A stretch of 64,000 bases of DNA from an uncultured Candidatus Saccharibacteria bacterium (GCA_964525595.1 CAZGHF010000001.1:29509-93508), one strand, 5' to 3'. Numbered from the stretch's first letter, positions 28,905 to 38,172 are shown. Numbers and translations: made by a program. Notes: a model not told the origin generated them from the letters alone.

Positions 28905-29926
28905 TGGAAAAAACCACTCGTTTTGAGATAAGTTGGAAAATGTTCTGGCAGATATTTGCCTTTATTATAGTTCTTCTTGTTCTTTACTTTGCAAAACAAG
29001 CTTTCGGCGTGCTCCTTGTTGCTATTGTGATTTCTTTGGGTCTTGACCCGATTATAAATTTTCTGGAGAAAAGGAGGATTAATCGTCTCTTGGGAACCAT
29101 TTTTGTTTTTATTGCCGGTCTTTTAATTTTAAGCACCGTCTTGTATTTTATCGTTCCCGTCCTTGCTTTTGAAGTCGGAAGATTCTTGAACGACATTAAC
29201 CGAGTTATTACCGATCTTATCGGTTTCGGTTTGCCTCAGAAAGTTATTCAGGATTTCTCACTCTCTTTTGACAAGGCTCTCGGGGTCTTAACAGCCGCTC
29301 AGGCTTCAATTACTGGAGCAATCGGCGTCATTTTCAACCGCATTATTCTTATTCTTACGACCGTGGTTCTCGCTTTTTACCTTACCGTTCAGAAAGAGGG
29401 CACCAGCCGGTTTCTTCAAGTTCTTTTACCCGACGTTTATGAAAAACCGGTTCTTAAGATTTTTAACAATTTCAAAATAAAAATAAGGCGTTGGTTTGCC
29501 GCTCAACTGGGTTTGAGCTTAATCGTTGGCGCCGTTATGACTCTAGGCCTTTGGATTCTAGGCGTTCGTTACGCTCTTATTTTAGGAATTATTGCCGCCA
29601 TTTTGGAACTTGTCCCGCTTATTGGTCCGGTCATAGCCGGCGCGGTGGCTCTTCTTGTGGCTCTCTCTGATTCTTTTACGCTGGGCTTGTACGTTATCGG
29701 TTTCGCCTTCATCGTTCAGCAGCTTGAGAATCATGTTTTGATTCCGGTTTTGATGGGCAAAACAATGAATGTCCATCCGGTGATTGTAATTGTTGCAATT
29801 TTGGCTGGCGCTCAAATTGCCGGTTTTGTGGGAATAGTGCTCGCGGTACCCATTGCCGTTGCCGCTCAGGAAACCTTTTCTTATCTTGCTGAGAAAAAAA
29901 ATCACCGTTCGCCTCTCGGTATTTAA
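28904..29926 (+). CDS. AI-2E family transporter
   Basis: Multi-TM; LELVP.IGP, QQLENHVL.P, VHPVIVI, G.VG.VLAVP. Confidence 0.93.
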   Translation: MEKTTRFEISWKMFWQIFAFIIVLLVLYFAKQAFGVLLVAIVISLGLDPIINFLEKRRINRLLGTIFVFIAGLLILSTVLYFIVPVLAFEVGRFLNDINRVITDLIGFGLPQKVIQDFSLSFDKALGVLTAAQASITGAIGVIFNRIILILTTVVLAFYLTVQKEGTSRFLQVLLPDVYEKPVLKIFNNFKIKIRRWFAAQLGLSLIVGAVMTLGLWILGVRYALILGIIAAILELVPLIGPVIAGAVALLVALSDSFTLGLYVIGFAFIVQQLENHVLIPVLMGKTMNVHPVIVIVAILAGAQIAGFVGIVLAVPIAVAAQETFSYLAEKKNHRSPLGI

Positions 29927-30801
29927 TGATAAGGTACTTTGACGCTCACACTCACGTCCAGTTCAAGGCGTTTGATTCTGATTACAAAGAGGTTGTAAAA
30001 CGAGCCGGGGACGCCGGCGTGGGAATGGTAAACGTTGGCACTCAAAAAGATACCTCCCACCGGGCACTGGAGCTTGCCCGGGAATATGACAATCTCTATG
30101 CCGCTGTCGGTCTCCACCCGATTCATACCTCGGAATCTTATCACGACACAGAGGAACTGGGAGACAGTCCCGAAGCAAAGGGATTTACCAGCCGGGGCGA
30201 GGATTTTGATTACGAATACTACAAAAAACTGGCTCTCGACGAACGGGTGGTAGCAATCGGTGAGTGTGGGTTGGACTATTTTAGAGTTGAGGATGGAGAA
30301 TCGGAAACTAAGGAACGACAAAGACGAGCCTTTGCAGAGCAAGTTAAGCTTGCTCGTGATGTAGGGAAACCGCTCATGATTCACGCCCGGTCGTCAGCCG
30401 GGACTGACGATGCTTATGAAGATTTACTCTCTATTTTGAAGGAGGCTGGTTTTCCCGGGAAAGTGATTTTTCATTTTTATGCCGGTTCTCTTCCGATGGC
30501 GGAAAAGCTTCTTGGTGCCCCTTACGGTGGGGAAACTTATTTCACTTTCGGCGGCGTGGTAACATTTGTCCGGGACTATGACAAAATTATAAAAATGATT
30601 CCCCCGGATAAGATTTTGTCGGAAACCGATGCTCCCTACGTAGCGCCCGTTCCGTATCGCGGCAAACGCAATGAACCAGTCTATGTGATTGAAGTCGTTA
30701 AAAAACTCACTGAAATAAAAAACATCCTCGAGGAGGAAATGCGGATGCAGATTTTGAAAAACGTCGAAGCGGTTTTTGGTATTAACCTTTCCAGTCCTTA
30801 A
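29926..30801 (+). CDS. tatD: TatD family hydrolase/DNase
   Basis: DAHTH, GLHP, AIGECGLDY, IHAR, FHF, SETDAPY.AP...RGKRNEP. Confidence 0.93.
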   Translation: MIRYFDAHTHVQFKAFDSDYKEVVKRAGDAGVGMVNVGTQKDTSHRALELAREYDNLYAAVGLHPIHTSESYHDTEELGDSPEAKGFTSRGEDFDYEYYKKLALDERVVAIGECGLDYFRVEDGESETKERQRRAFAEQVKLARDVGKPLMIHARSSAGTDDAYEDLLSILKEAGFPGKVIFHFYAGSLPMAEKLLGAPYGGETYFTFGGVVTFVRDYDKIIKMIPPDKILSETDAPYVAPVPYRGKRNEPVYVIEVVKKLTEIKNILEEEMRMQILKNVEAVFGINLSSP

Positions 30802-30955
30802 TGACTATCTCTTTGCCGCGGTTTTCCACCGTTACATTTTGCCCTTCCTGCCACCTAAGACGTCTTACGATATTGACCGGCAAACTTACGTAATAACTCC
30901 GGCGCATTTTTTGAATTTTCCTAACGTTCTCTTCCCCAACTTTTCTCCTAGTCAT
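30782..30955 (-). CDS. AbrB/MazE/SpoVT-like DNA-binding protein, copy 2 (57 aa)
   Basis: Manual translation MTRRKVGEENVRKIQKMRRSYYVSLPVNIVRRLRWQEGQNVTVENRGKEIVIKDWKG; clear paralog of 27457-27633. Confidence 0.85.
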   Translation of the reverse strand: MTRRKVGEENVRKIQKMRRSYYVSLPVNIVRRLRWQEGQNVTVENRGKEIVIKDWKG

Positions 30956-30994
30956 ATCTTTTAATTATATTCTTGCGCTTTAATTATACCACAG

Positions 30995-31034
30995 GTTGCC
31001 CCATGTTATTACATATGTAATAACATGGGGCAAC
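30995..31034. repeat. 40-bp perfect palindrome upstream of AbrB-like gene 2
   Basis: GTTGCCCCATGTTATTACAT|ATGTAATAACATGGGGCAAC; abuts TGTGGTATAAT (extended -10) on the minus strand. Confidence 0.92.
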
Positions 31035-31181
31035 TGTTATCAAGCCTCTTTGAGGGGGGATTTAAGACTTGACTAGATTGGGTATATATTGTTACACTTG
31101 CCAAAGTACCGACTGGCTTGCTCTTGGTTATCGCATGAGGCGACGCTGACAGCGGGTCAATAATTGAAAAGGAGGCTGACC

Positions 31182-31821
31182 ATGTCACACGACTTGCTCA
31201 GTCAAGTGGTGAAGATAGTTGTGGACCTCCCGGACGAAGTTCTCCGGCTGCTCTGCGACTTCTTCGAGAGAGCTGTCCTCGGACGTTGAAGGGGAGTGGT
31301 TTAGGGCTTTCAAGCGGTTTCTCCGTAAGGAGAATTCGTGGGAAGGTCTCGAGTTCCTCGAAAAGTTCCAGATTGTAATGGACTCCCTTGACAGGGACTT
31401 GCATTCCGGTGATGGGAACTTTATGGGACTTCCTCTCGACAAGAATTTCCGGAAATGGCTTCTCCCGGATATTTCTGAAGTGATTCCGAGTTCTCTGGGA
31501 ACGCTGACGGTCTGTAAAAAGCGACTCAAAAGATCGATGTCTGACTGGGAGGTACTTGCCGAGATTGAAGACCCGGAGTCGCTTTTCTCGCCTACTGAGT
31601 TTGCGATCGTCCTCGCCGATTTAATTACGGCGCAGGCGAACGGTGGGAGCGGCACGCCCTCTTCCGATGCCCATGCCAACATCTTCTTCGTGTGGTCGGA
31701 CGCCCGCGTAGTCATGGTGCGCGTGTATTGGCGCGCCGGGAGTCGTGACTGGCACCTGTTTACGGACTCGCCTGGCGGCGTCAGGTGGAACGTCGACGAC
31801 TACGTGTTCTCCTGCATCTGA
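31182..31821 (+). pseudogene. frameshifted gene resembling a CPR DGR target protein
   Basis: AAGGAGG + ATG 31182 (MSHDLLSQVVK...LCDFFE) shifts +1 at GAGAGAG (~31266-31272) into LSSDVEGEWFRAFKRFLRKENSW...NIFFV...VRVYW...W...RWNVDDYVFS. Confidence 0.6.
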
Positions 31822-31898
31822 TCCGCCAAAGGCGGACAGGCTTCTTGGGCCTTTGGTCCATTGGTCTCGTCTGCCTGACAGGCAGACGAAGCGATTTT

Positions 31899-31937
31899 GC
31901 CCCGCCCTTCGGTCTTTACGACCTGGGCGGGGCTTTT
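31899..31937 (+). terminator. rho-independent terminator
   Basis: GCCCCGCCC...GGGCGGGGC followed by TTTT. Confidence 0.65.
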
Positions 31938-31988
31938 CATTTCGCGCGTTTGAGAAAAAATGGTTTTCAAACTAAAATGTCTTTATTG

Positions 31989-34424
31989 ATGTCTAAATAT
32001 GATTTTCAGAAAATAGAACGCAAGTGGCAGGATTATTGGCGGAAGAACAGGACTTACGAGCCCGATTTGGAACGCGCCAAAAAACCTTTCTACAACCTGA
32101 TGATGTTTCCCTATCCTTCGGCCGAGGGACTGCATGTCGGGAACATGTACGCTTTTACCGGTGCCGATATCTACGGCCGAATGAAGCGGATGGAGGGCTA
32201 TGATGTTTTCCAGCCAATCGGCCTTGATGGTTTCGGGATTCATTCAGAAAACTATGCTTTGAAAATCGGTGCCCACCCAATGAAACAGGCGGAGGTCTCG
32301 GAGAAGCGTTTTTATAAACAACTTGAGGAAATCGGCAACGGTTTTGCCTGGGATGAAAAACTGGAAACTTATGACCTGGATTATTACCAATGGACCCAGT
32401 GGATTTTTATCCAGCTTTTTAAAAAGGGTCTGGCCTATCGTAAAAAGGCACCGGTTAACTGGTGCCCGAGCTGTAAAACTGTTTTAGCTGACGAACAGGT
32501 TATTACGGGCAGGTGTGAACGGTGCTCACACTTAGTGATTAAAAAAGAACTTGAGCAGTGGTTTTTTCGGATTACCAAATATGCGGAGAAGCTCTTGGAG
32601 AATCTTGAAAGAATCGACTGGTCGAAGCGGGTAAAAATTGCGCAGAAGAACTGGATTGGCAAAAGTGAAGGAGCACTTATAAAATTCCAAATCCCAAATT
32701 CTGAATTTCAAATTAAAGTCTTTACAACGCGGCCGGACACTTTATTTGGTGCAACCTACATGGTTCTGGCACCGGAACACCCGCTTATTCGGGATTTAGA
32801 ATCTAGCATTCAGAATTTGGCAGAGGTTAAAAAATACATTGAGCGGACGAAGAAAAAGACAGAAGAAGAACGTATCGCTGAAGGCGGTAAAAAAACCGGC
32901 GTGGAATTAAAAGGTGTAAGAGTGGTAAATCCTGCAACCGAAGAAGAAATTTCGGTGTGGGTAGCCGATTATGTTTTGGGGGGAGTCGGCACCGGTGCCA
33001 TTATGGCTGTGCCGGCCCACGACGAAAGGGACTTTGAATTTGCGAAGAAATACAAACTCCCAATTAGAAAAGTTATTCAACCGCCTCGTATTGTTCCAGA
33101 GCCGGTACCCGGTCAGGCAGTTCCGGATACAAAAATTATTTCTGAATGCTGGGAAGGAGAGGGAAAGTTAATCAGTTCAGGGAAATTTGACGGTATGAAA
33201 TCGGAAAAAGCACGGTGGGAGATTACAAAGTTTGTGAACGGAAAGAAAGAAGCCCGGTACCGCTTGCGCGACTGGCTTATATCCCGCCAGCGCTATTGGG
33301 GACCGCCCATTCCGATGATTCATTGTGCGAAATGTGACTGGCAGCCGGTGCCTGAGGAAGATTTGCCGGTAGAACTTCCATTCATAAAAGATTTCCAGCC
33401 GAAAGGAAAAGATGAATCACCGCTTGCCTCCGTGAAGTCTTTTTATGAGACGAAATGCCCGAAATGCGACGGCAAAGCCCGACGGGAAACGGATGTTTCC
33501 GACACTTTTCTTGATTCGGCTTGGTATTATCTCCGTTATCCCAATGTGACGGAGAAAAAGACTTCTTGGAACAAAGAAATTACCAAAAAATGGCTGCCGG
33601 TTAGTTTATACACCGGCGGTGCCGAACACTCGGTACTTCACCTCCTCTACGTTCGTTTCCTGGCGCTTGCGCTTCACAGCGAAAAACTTCTTGAGTTTGG
33701 CGCATCACCTGCGCCGAAAGGCGAGCCTTTCCCAAAATTCCGCGCCCACGGTCTTCTGATTAGTGAAGGCGCGAAAATGTCCAAGTCTAAAGGTAACGTT
33801 GTAAATCCTGATGAATACATTAAAAAATTCGGTGCCGATACTCTGCGAATGTATTTAATGTTCCTTGCGCCTTTTGAACAGGGCGGTGACTTCCGCGATG
33901 CGGCAATTTTAGGTATTAGCCGGTTTTTGGAAAGGGTTTGGAAATTTGAGCTAAAGGGAAAGAGCGTAAACAAGAAAGCTCTTCACCAAACGATAAAAAA
34001 AGTAACGGAAGACATTGAGATTTTCCACTACAATACGGCAATTAGTGCTCTAATGATTCTCTTGAACTCTTTTGAAGAGCAGGGGGCGAGCAAAGAAGAA
34101 TACGAGATTTTCTTGAAACTCCTTGCTCCGTTCGCACCGCATATTACTGAAGAATTATGGCAAGGTGTTCTTGGCCGCAAAAAATCAATCCATCTTGAGC
34201 CGTGGCCGACATATAACTCAAAATTTATAGAGGAAGAAACATTTGAGTTGGTAATTCAGGTAAACGGCCGGGTTCGCGCTACAATTTCAGCTGATAAGGG
34301 CTTGAGCCAAAGGGAAGCCGAGGAGCTGGTTTTGGGCATAGAGAAGATAAACGAAATTCTCAAAGGCAAGAAGCCAAAAAAGGTTGTTTTTGTATCCGAC
34401 CGGCTTATCAATTTCGTAATTTAG
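31989..34424 (+). CDS. leuS: leucine--tRNA ligase
   Basis: MFPYPS..LHVG, FTTRPDT, DWLISRQRYWG, KMSKSKGN, IQVNGRVR; start reassigned to MSKYDF. Confidence 0.97.
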   Translation: MSKYDFQKIERKWQDYWRKNRTYEPDLERAKKPFYNLMMFPYPSAEGLHVGNMYAFTGADIYGRMKRMEGYDVFQPIGLDGFGIHSENYALKIGAHPMKQAEVSEKRFYKQLEEIGNGFAWDEKLETYDLDYYQWTQWIFIQLFKKGLAYRKKAPVNWCPSCKTVLADEQVITGRCERCSHLVIKKELEQWFFRITKYAEKLLENLERIDWSKRVKIAQKNWIGKSEGALIKFQIPNSEFQIKVFTTRPDTLFGATYMVLAPEHPLIRDLESSIQNLAEVKKYIERTKKKTEEERIAEGGKKTGVELKGVRVVNPATEEEISVWVADYVLGGVGTGAIMAVPAHDERDFEFAKKYKLPIRKVIQPPRIVPEPVPGQAVPDTKIISECWEGEGKLISSGKFDGMKSEKARWEITKFVNGKKEARYRLRDWLISRQRYWGPPIPMIHCAKCDWQPVPEEDLPVELPFIKDFQPKGKDESPLASVKSFYETKCPKCDGKARRETDVSDTFLDSAWYYLRYPNVTEKKTSWNKEITKKWLPVSLYTGGAEHSVLHLLYVRFLALALHSEKLLEFGASPAPKGEPFPKFRAHGLLISEGAKMSKSKGNVVNPDEYIKKFGADTLRMYLMFLAPFEQGGDFRDAAILGISRFLERVWKFELKGKSVNKKALHQTIKKVTEDIEIFHYNTAISALMILLNSFEEQGASKEEYEIFLKLLAPFAPHITEELWQGVLGRKKSIHLEPWPTYNSKFIEEETFELVIQVNGRVRATISADKGLSQREAEELVLGIEKINEILKGKKPKKVVFVSDRLINFVI

Positions 34425-34441
34425 TATAAGATTATAATCAA

Positions 34442-35353
34442 ATGCGTGTCTTAGGCCTGATTTTAATAGTTATAATCATACTCGGAGCCGTTTATTCGGT
34501 AATTCGCTGGGCGGTTGGTGAGATGGATTTTTCAGGAACTTTTTCGAGATATGGTACTCCGGAGCGGTCGGAGGAGGAAAAATCTTCGGTTCGGGGACCG
34601 AGTGCTGAAGTGAGAAAAGAAGAGGATGGGAAGGTGGTAGTTGGATTTGAAAAACCTTCAATATTAGAGGAGGATGTCCCGGCTGGATTTACAGTTTCCG
34701 ACCTTTCGCCGGATTTCGGCAAGATTGAAATCACTTCCCTAAGGCGGCCGTCAAGCGTGGGAGCGGGTGGCAGGTTTACACTCCGGGCTGATTTTACCCA
34801 AGGCGAACCTGTGAATGTAACCAACTGGAAGATAAGAGCGAACAACGACAAAGAAATTGTTGTAAGGGGTGGTATTTCTTCCGTGCCGCCGGTTAATTTA
34901 ACGAGGATGGTTCTCCGTCCCCGGACTTCGGCTGTCTTTTACGCCGATGTCAGTTCCTTCGTTAAAAACGTTGAGCTTAACAAATGCACCGGATATTTGA
35001 ACAAAACATATAATTTTGACCCGAGACTGCCGAATAATTGTCCCCGTCCGGATAGGAGCGAGACCATTACTTTTTCCGGCAAGTGTCAATCGTTTATTCG
35101 GTCGCTCAGCTCCTGTGAACAGCCGACTGGGACAGAGCTTAATCGTTTTGCGGGGATTGACAACATTGCTTGTCACGAATTCTTGGAGGATTTAAATTAC
35201 GGAAATTGTGTGAAGGAACATTCCAACGATTCCGATTTTTACTTCTATGGGTGGCGAGTTTGGATGAGCGACCGGCTGCCATTTGACCCGAAACATGACC
35301 GGCTTCTCTTGTTCGACGAAAATAACCTCCTTGTTGACGAGTACGTCTACTAG
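34442..35353 (+). CDS. hypothetical membrane-anchored Cys-containing protein
   Basis: N-terminal TM helix; NKCTGYL, LP.NCP, C-terminal L.D.N.LLVDEY.Y. Confidence 0.7.
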   Translation: MRVLGLILIVIIILGAVYSVIRWAVGEMDFSGTFSRYGTPERSEEEKSSVRGPSAEVRKEEDGKVVVGFEKPSILEEDVPAGFTVSDLSPDFGKIEITSLRRPSSVGAGGRFTLRADFTQGEPVNVTNWKIRANNDKEIVVRGGISSVPPVNLTRMVLRPRTSAVFYADVSSFVKNVELNKCTGYLNKTYNFDPRLPNNCPRPDRSETITFSGKCQSFIRSLSSCEQPTGTELNRFAGIDNIACHEFLEDLNYGNCVKEHSNDSDFYFYGWRVWMSDRLPFDPKHDRLLLFDENNLLVDEYVY

Positions 35354-35386
35354 ATTTATTTTCTAATTTCTAGATTCTCGTGAGTG

Positions 35387-36433
35387 CTACTTCCTCTCAG
35401 TTAGGGTCATTTTCACGATAATTTCTTTTTTCCCTCTTAAAACCTTTAGTTTTATCTTGTCGCCGACTTCAGAGTTTTCAAGGTAATCCTGAACGTTTTT
35501 ATCAACTGTGATTTTTTCACCGTTCCACTCAAGAATAATGTCATTTTCTTTTAAGCCGGCAGTGTCTGCTGGACTTCCCTCGATAATGGCCTGGTCAAGA
35601 AGGTGTTCCTTGGCAATGAGAGCTCCGTAAGAAACAGAAAGCTTTAATTTTTCACTAAGGTTTTCATTTAACGTGAGATAACGGAGGCCTAAGAAAGGAC
35701 GCCGGATTTTTCCGTGACGTTTCAGGTCGAGAAGATCGCGTTCAGCCGCCTTTATGGGGATGGTAAAGCCGATGTTCTGAGCACCGAAGACCACGGCGGC
35801 GTTAATGCCGATTGCCTTACCGAAAATGTCAGTTAGCGGTCCGCCAGAGTTCCCTGGATTTATTGCTGCATCCGTTTGAATCAATCCCCGCATTTCCTGA
35901 ACCGGTGCCATCGGATCGGGCTGGGCGCTTATTGAACGGGAAAGTCCGGAGATGATACCAGTTGAAACTGTGTTTCTGAATATACCCAGCGCATTTCCGA
36001 AGGCGAGTACTGTCTGACCAAGCTCCAGATTATCCGAATTACCGAGCTCCAAGGTTGGTAAATTGTCTTTCTTCGTGTCAATTTTTAGAATGGCAATGTC
36101 GTCTAGAGGATCGCGGGCGAGGACCTGTACCGCGAATTTTTGACCATTACTTAAGATAGCCGAGTATTCCGCGTGAGGTTCGGTAATGACGTGTTTGTTT
36201 GTAAGGACCACCCCGTTTTTGTCGACAATAAAACCTGAACCGCCGCCTACTTGGACCATACCGTGAGCGTCAATTTTGTCAGGTGGAATCTGGAAGTCAG
36301 ATTTGCCGAGAGTTGATTCGAGCTCCGGCATTTCCTTTTTTAGTTCAGATATTTTTTTAGAAATTATAATCGAGACCACTGCCGGCATCACCTTCTTTAT
36401 AGTCCGGATTATTTGCGATTTTTCCTTCGCCAC
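35387..36433 (-). CDS. HtrA/DegP-like serine protease with PDZ domain
   Basis: GGGSGFI, TNKHV, DIAILK, IQTDAAINPGNSGGPL, C-terminal PDZ. Confidence 0.95.
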   Translation of the reverse strand: MAKEKSQIIRTIKKVMPAVVSIIISKKISELKKEMPELESTLGKSDFQIPPDKIDAHGMVQVGGGSGFIVDKNGVVLTNKHVITEPHAEYSAILSNGQKFAVQVLARDPLDDIAILKIDTKKDNLPTLELGNSDNLELGQTVLAFGNALGIFRNTVSTGIISGLSRSISAQPDPMAPVQEMRGLIQTDAAINPGNSGGPLTDIFGKAIGINAAVVFGAQNIGFTIPIKAAERDLLDLKRHGKIRRPFLGLRYLTLNENLSEKLKLSVSYGALIAKEHLLDQAIIEGSPADTAGLKENDIILEWNGEKITVDKNVQDYLENSEVGDKIKLKVLRGKKEIIVKMTLTERK

Positions 36434-36455
36434 CTTTTTATATTAACATAAGAGG

Positions 36456-37934
36456 ATGAGCTTTATAAAACGTTTATTTGAAATCATACCCGGTACTCTT
36501 ACGTGGCTTACTTTCATTGCTATTTTCTGGCTGTCTTTCAGGGCTCCAGTTTTCGTTTCGATCTTTTTTATTCTCTATTCTCTTTTTTGGCTTATCCGCA
36601 TAGTTTATCTTCATTTCCATTTGCGTGTTTCGTTCGTGAAGACTAGAGAAAACATGAAAGTCAACTGGCTGGAAAAAACGGAGAAGATTGAAGGTTGGCG
36701 GAATATTTATCATCTGGTAGTTTTACCGATGTATAAAGAGCCTCTTTCCGTTGTGAGAGAGACATTCAACACTTTTAGGAATTCTAATTACCCTAAGGAT
36801 AGAATTATTCTGGTTTTGGGAATTGAAGAGCGGGCTGGCAAGAAAGCAATGAAGACTGCTGAGAAAATAGAACAGGAATTCGGTAAAGATTTTTTCCGAT
36901 TTCTTATAACTCGTCATCCGGCGGACCTCCCTGGCGAGGTGCCAGGCAAGGGCTCAAATGAAACCTGGGCTGCCCGTCGTGCCAAAAAAGAAATAATCGA
37001 CCCGCTTGGCCTCAGATACGAAGACGTTGTTGTTTCGGTTCTCGATGTTGATACTCAAGTATCGGCGGATTACTTCAGCCGACTCGCTTATGTGTTTTTG
37101 ACCTGTGATAAGCCCCAGCGTTCCAGTTTTCAGCCTGTTCCGCTTTTCACTAATAACATCTATACGGCGCCGCCTTTCTCAAAAGTAATGTCTTTTTTTC
37201 CGACTTTTTGGCAGATGATGCAGCAGTCTCGGAAAGAACAGTTGTCCACTTTTTCTTCTCAGGCTATGCCTTTAAAAGCTCTGGTTGAGATTGATTTTTG
37301 GGACACGGAATACGTCTCTGAGGACTCGCTTATTTTCTGGAAGTTCTATCTTCATTATGACGGTGATTGGCGGACCGAACCGATTCACATTCCTGTTTCA
37401 ATGGATGTTACCCATGCCTCAACTTTTTGGGGAACAGCTAAAAATCTCTATCGCCAACAGAGACGTTGGGCCTGGGGGACGGAAAACATTCCCTATATGA
37501 TCTGCGGCTTTATTAAAAATAAAAAAATTCCCACAAATAAAAAAGTTTTTTGGACTTTCATATTTATGGAGGGGTTTTATTCTTGGGCAACCGCGCCTTT
37601 TATCCTTTTTGCTCTCGGTTGGCTGCCGCTTTTTTTGGGAAATTACGAATTTGGGCTGACGCTAATCTCTTATAATATGAGGACGATTGTTAGTTTAATT
37701 TTAAACCTTTCCGTTTTGGGGCTTGTTGCCTCAGCTGTACTGAGTGTCATCCTTTTACCGCCCAAGCCAGGTTGGTTCCGGAAAAGGCACTACATTTTCT
37801 ATTTTCTCTACTGGGCGATTGCACCGATTCTTATAATTCTTTTTAGTGCCGTCCCAGCGGTTGAAGCCCAAACTCGGCTGATGCTGGGTGGCAGGTTCCG
37901 TCTTGGATTCTGGCCGACGCCGAAGAGTAGATAA
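36456..37934 (+). CDS. glycosyltransferase family 2 membrane protein
   Basis: P.YKE, GKGSN, DVD, SED, QQRRW motifs flanked by TM helices. Confidence 0.88.
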   Translation: MSFIKRLFEIIPGTLTWLTFIAIFWLSFRAPVFVSIFFILYSLFWLIRIVYLHFHLRVSFVKTRENMKVNWLEKTEKIEGWRNIYHLVVLPMYKEPLSVVRETFNTFRNSNYPKDRIILVLGIEERAGKKAMKTAEKIEQEFGKDFFRFLITRHPADLPGEVPGKGSNETWAARRAKKEIIDPLGLRYEDVVVSVLDVDTQVSADYFSRLAYVFLTCDKPQRSSFQPVPLFTNNIYTAPPFSKVMSFFPTFWQMMQQSRKEQLSTFSSQAMPLKALVEIDFWDTEYVSEDSLIFWKFYLHYDGDWRTEPIHIPVSMDVTHASTFWGTAKNLYRQQRRWAWGTENIPYMICGFIKNKKIPTNKKVFWTFIFMEGFYSWATAPFILFALGWLPLFLGNYEFGLTLISYNMRTIVSLILNLSVLGLVASAVLSVILLPPKPGWFRKRHYIFYFLYWAIAPILIILFSAVPAVEAQTRLMLGGRFRLGFWPTPKSR

Positions 37935-37936
37935 GC

Positions 37937-38033
37937 TGCGGAGGAAGTGGTCCCGCAGTAGCGGGATTGCGATTTGTAACCAATCGCTTCGCTTTTGGAC
38001 AAATCGGGAAGATTCGAACAAGTTCTCACCCAC
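37937..38033 (-). pseudogene. tRNA-Ser-like 3' remnant with T-loop insertions
   Basis: Minus strand GTGGGT[GAGAACTTG]TTCGAATC[~60 nt hairpins]CCACTTCCTCCGCA. Confidence 0.55.
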
Positions 38034-38040
38034 TGACAGG

Positions 38041-38081
38041 ATACACAAAAAGGATACCACGAGGGTATCCTTTTTGTGTAT
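38041..38081. terminator. long stem-loop after tRNA-Ser(CGA)
   Basis: ATACACAAAAAGGATACC-acgag-GGTATCCTTTTTGTGTAT. Confidence 0.7.
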
Positions 38082-38084
38082 TTG

Positions 38085-38171
38085 CGGAGGGTAGAGGATT
38101 CGAACCTCTGAGGGGATTTCTCCCCAACCGCATTTCGAGTGCGGCGCATTAGACCACTCTGCCAACCCTCC
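38085..38171 (-). tRNA. tRNA-Ser(CGA)
   Basis: Anticodon arm CCGCA-CT-CGA-AA-TGCGG; long variable arm. Confidence 0.95.
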
Positions 38172-38172
38172 G

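Noticed and set aside
31095-31170. Possible riboswitch upstream of the DGR-target-like gene (contains GACTGGC)
   Set aside because: The remaining consensus of ZTP or other known riboswitches could not be matched by eye; it needs an Rfam cmscan.
31785-31988. N-terminal extension of LeuRS in the ORF track
   Set aside because: It overlaps the previous gene's end, hairpins and terminator; LeuRS similarity begins at MSKYDF.
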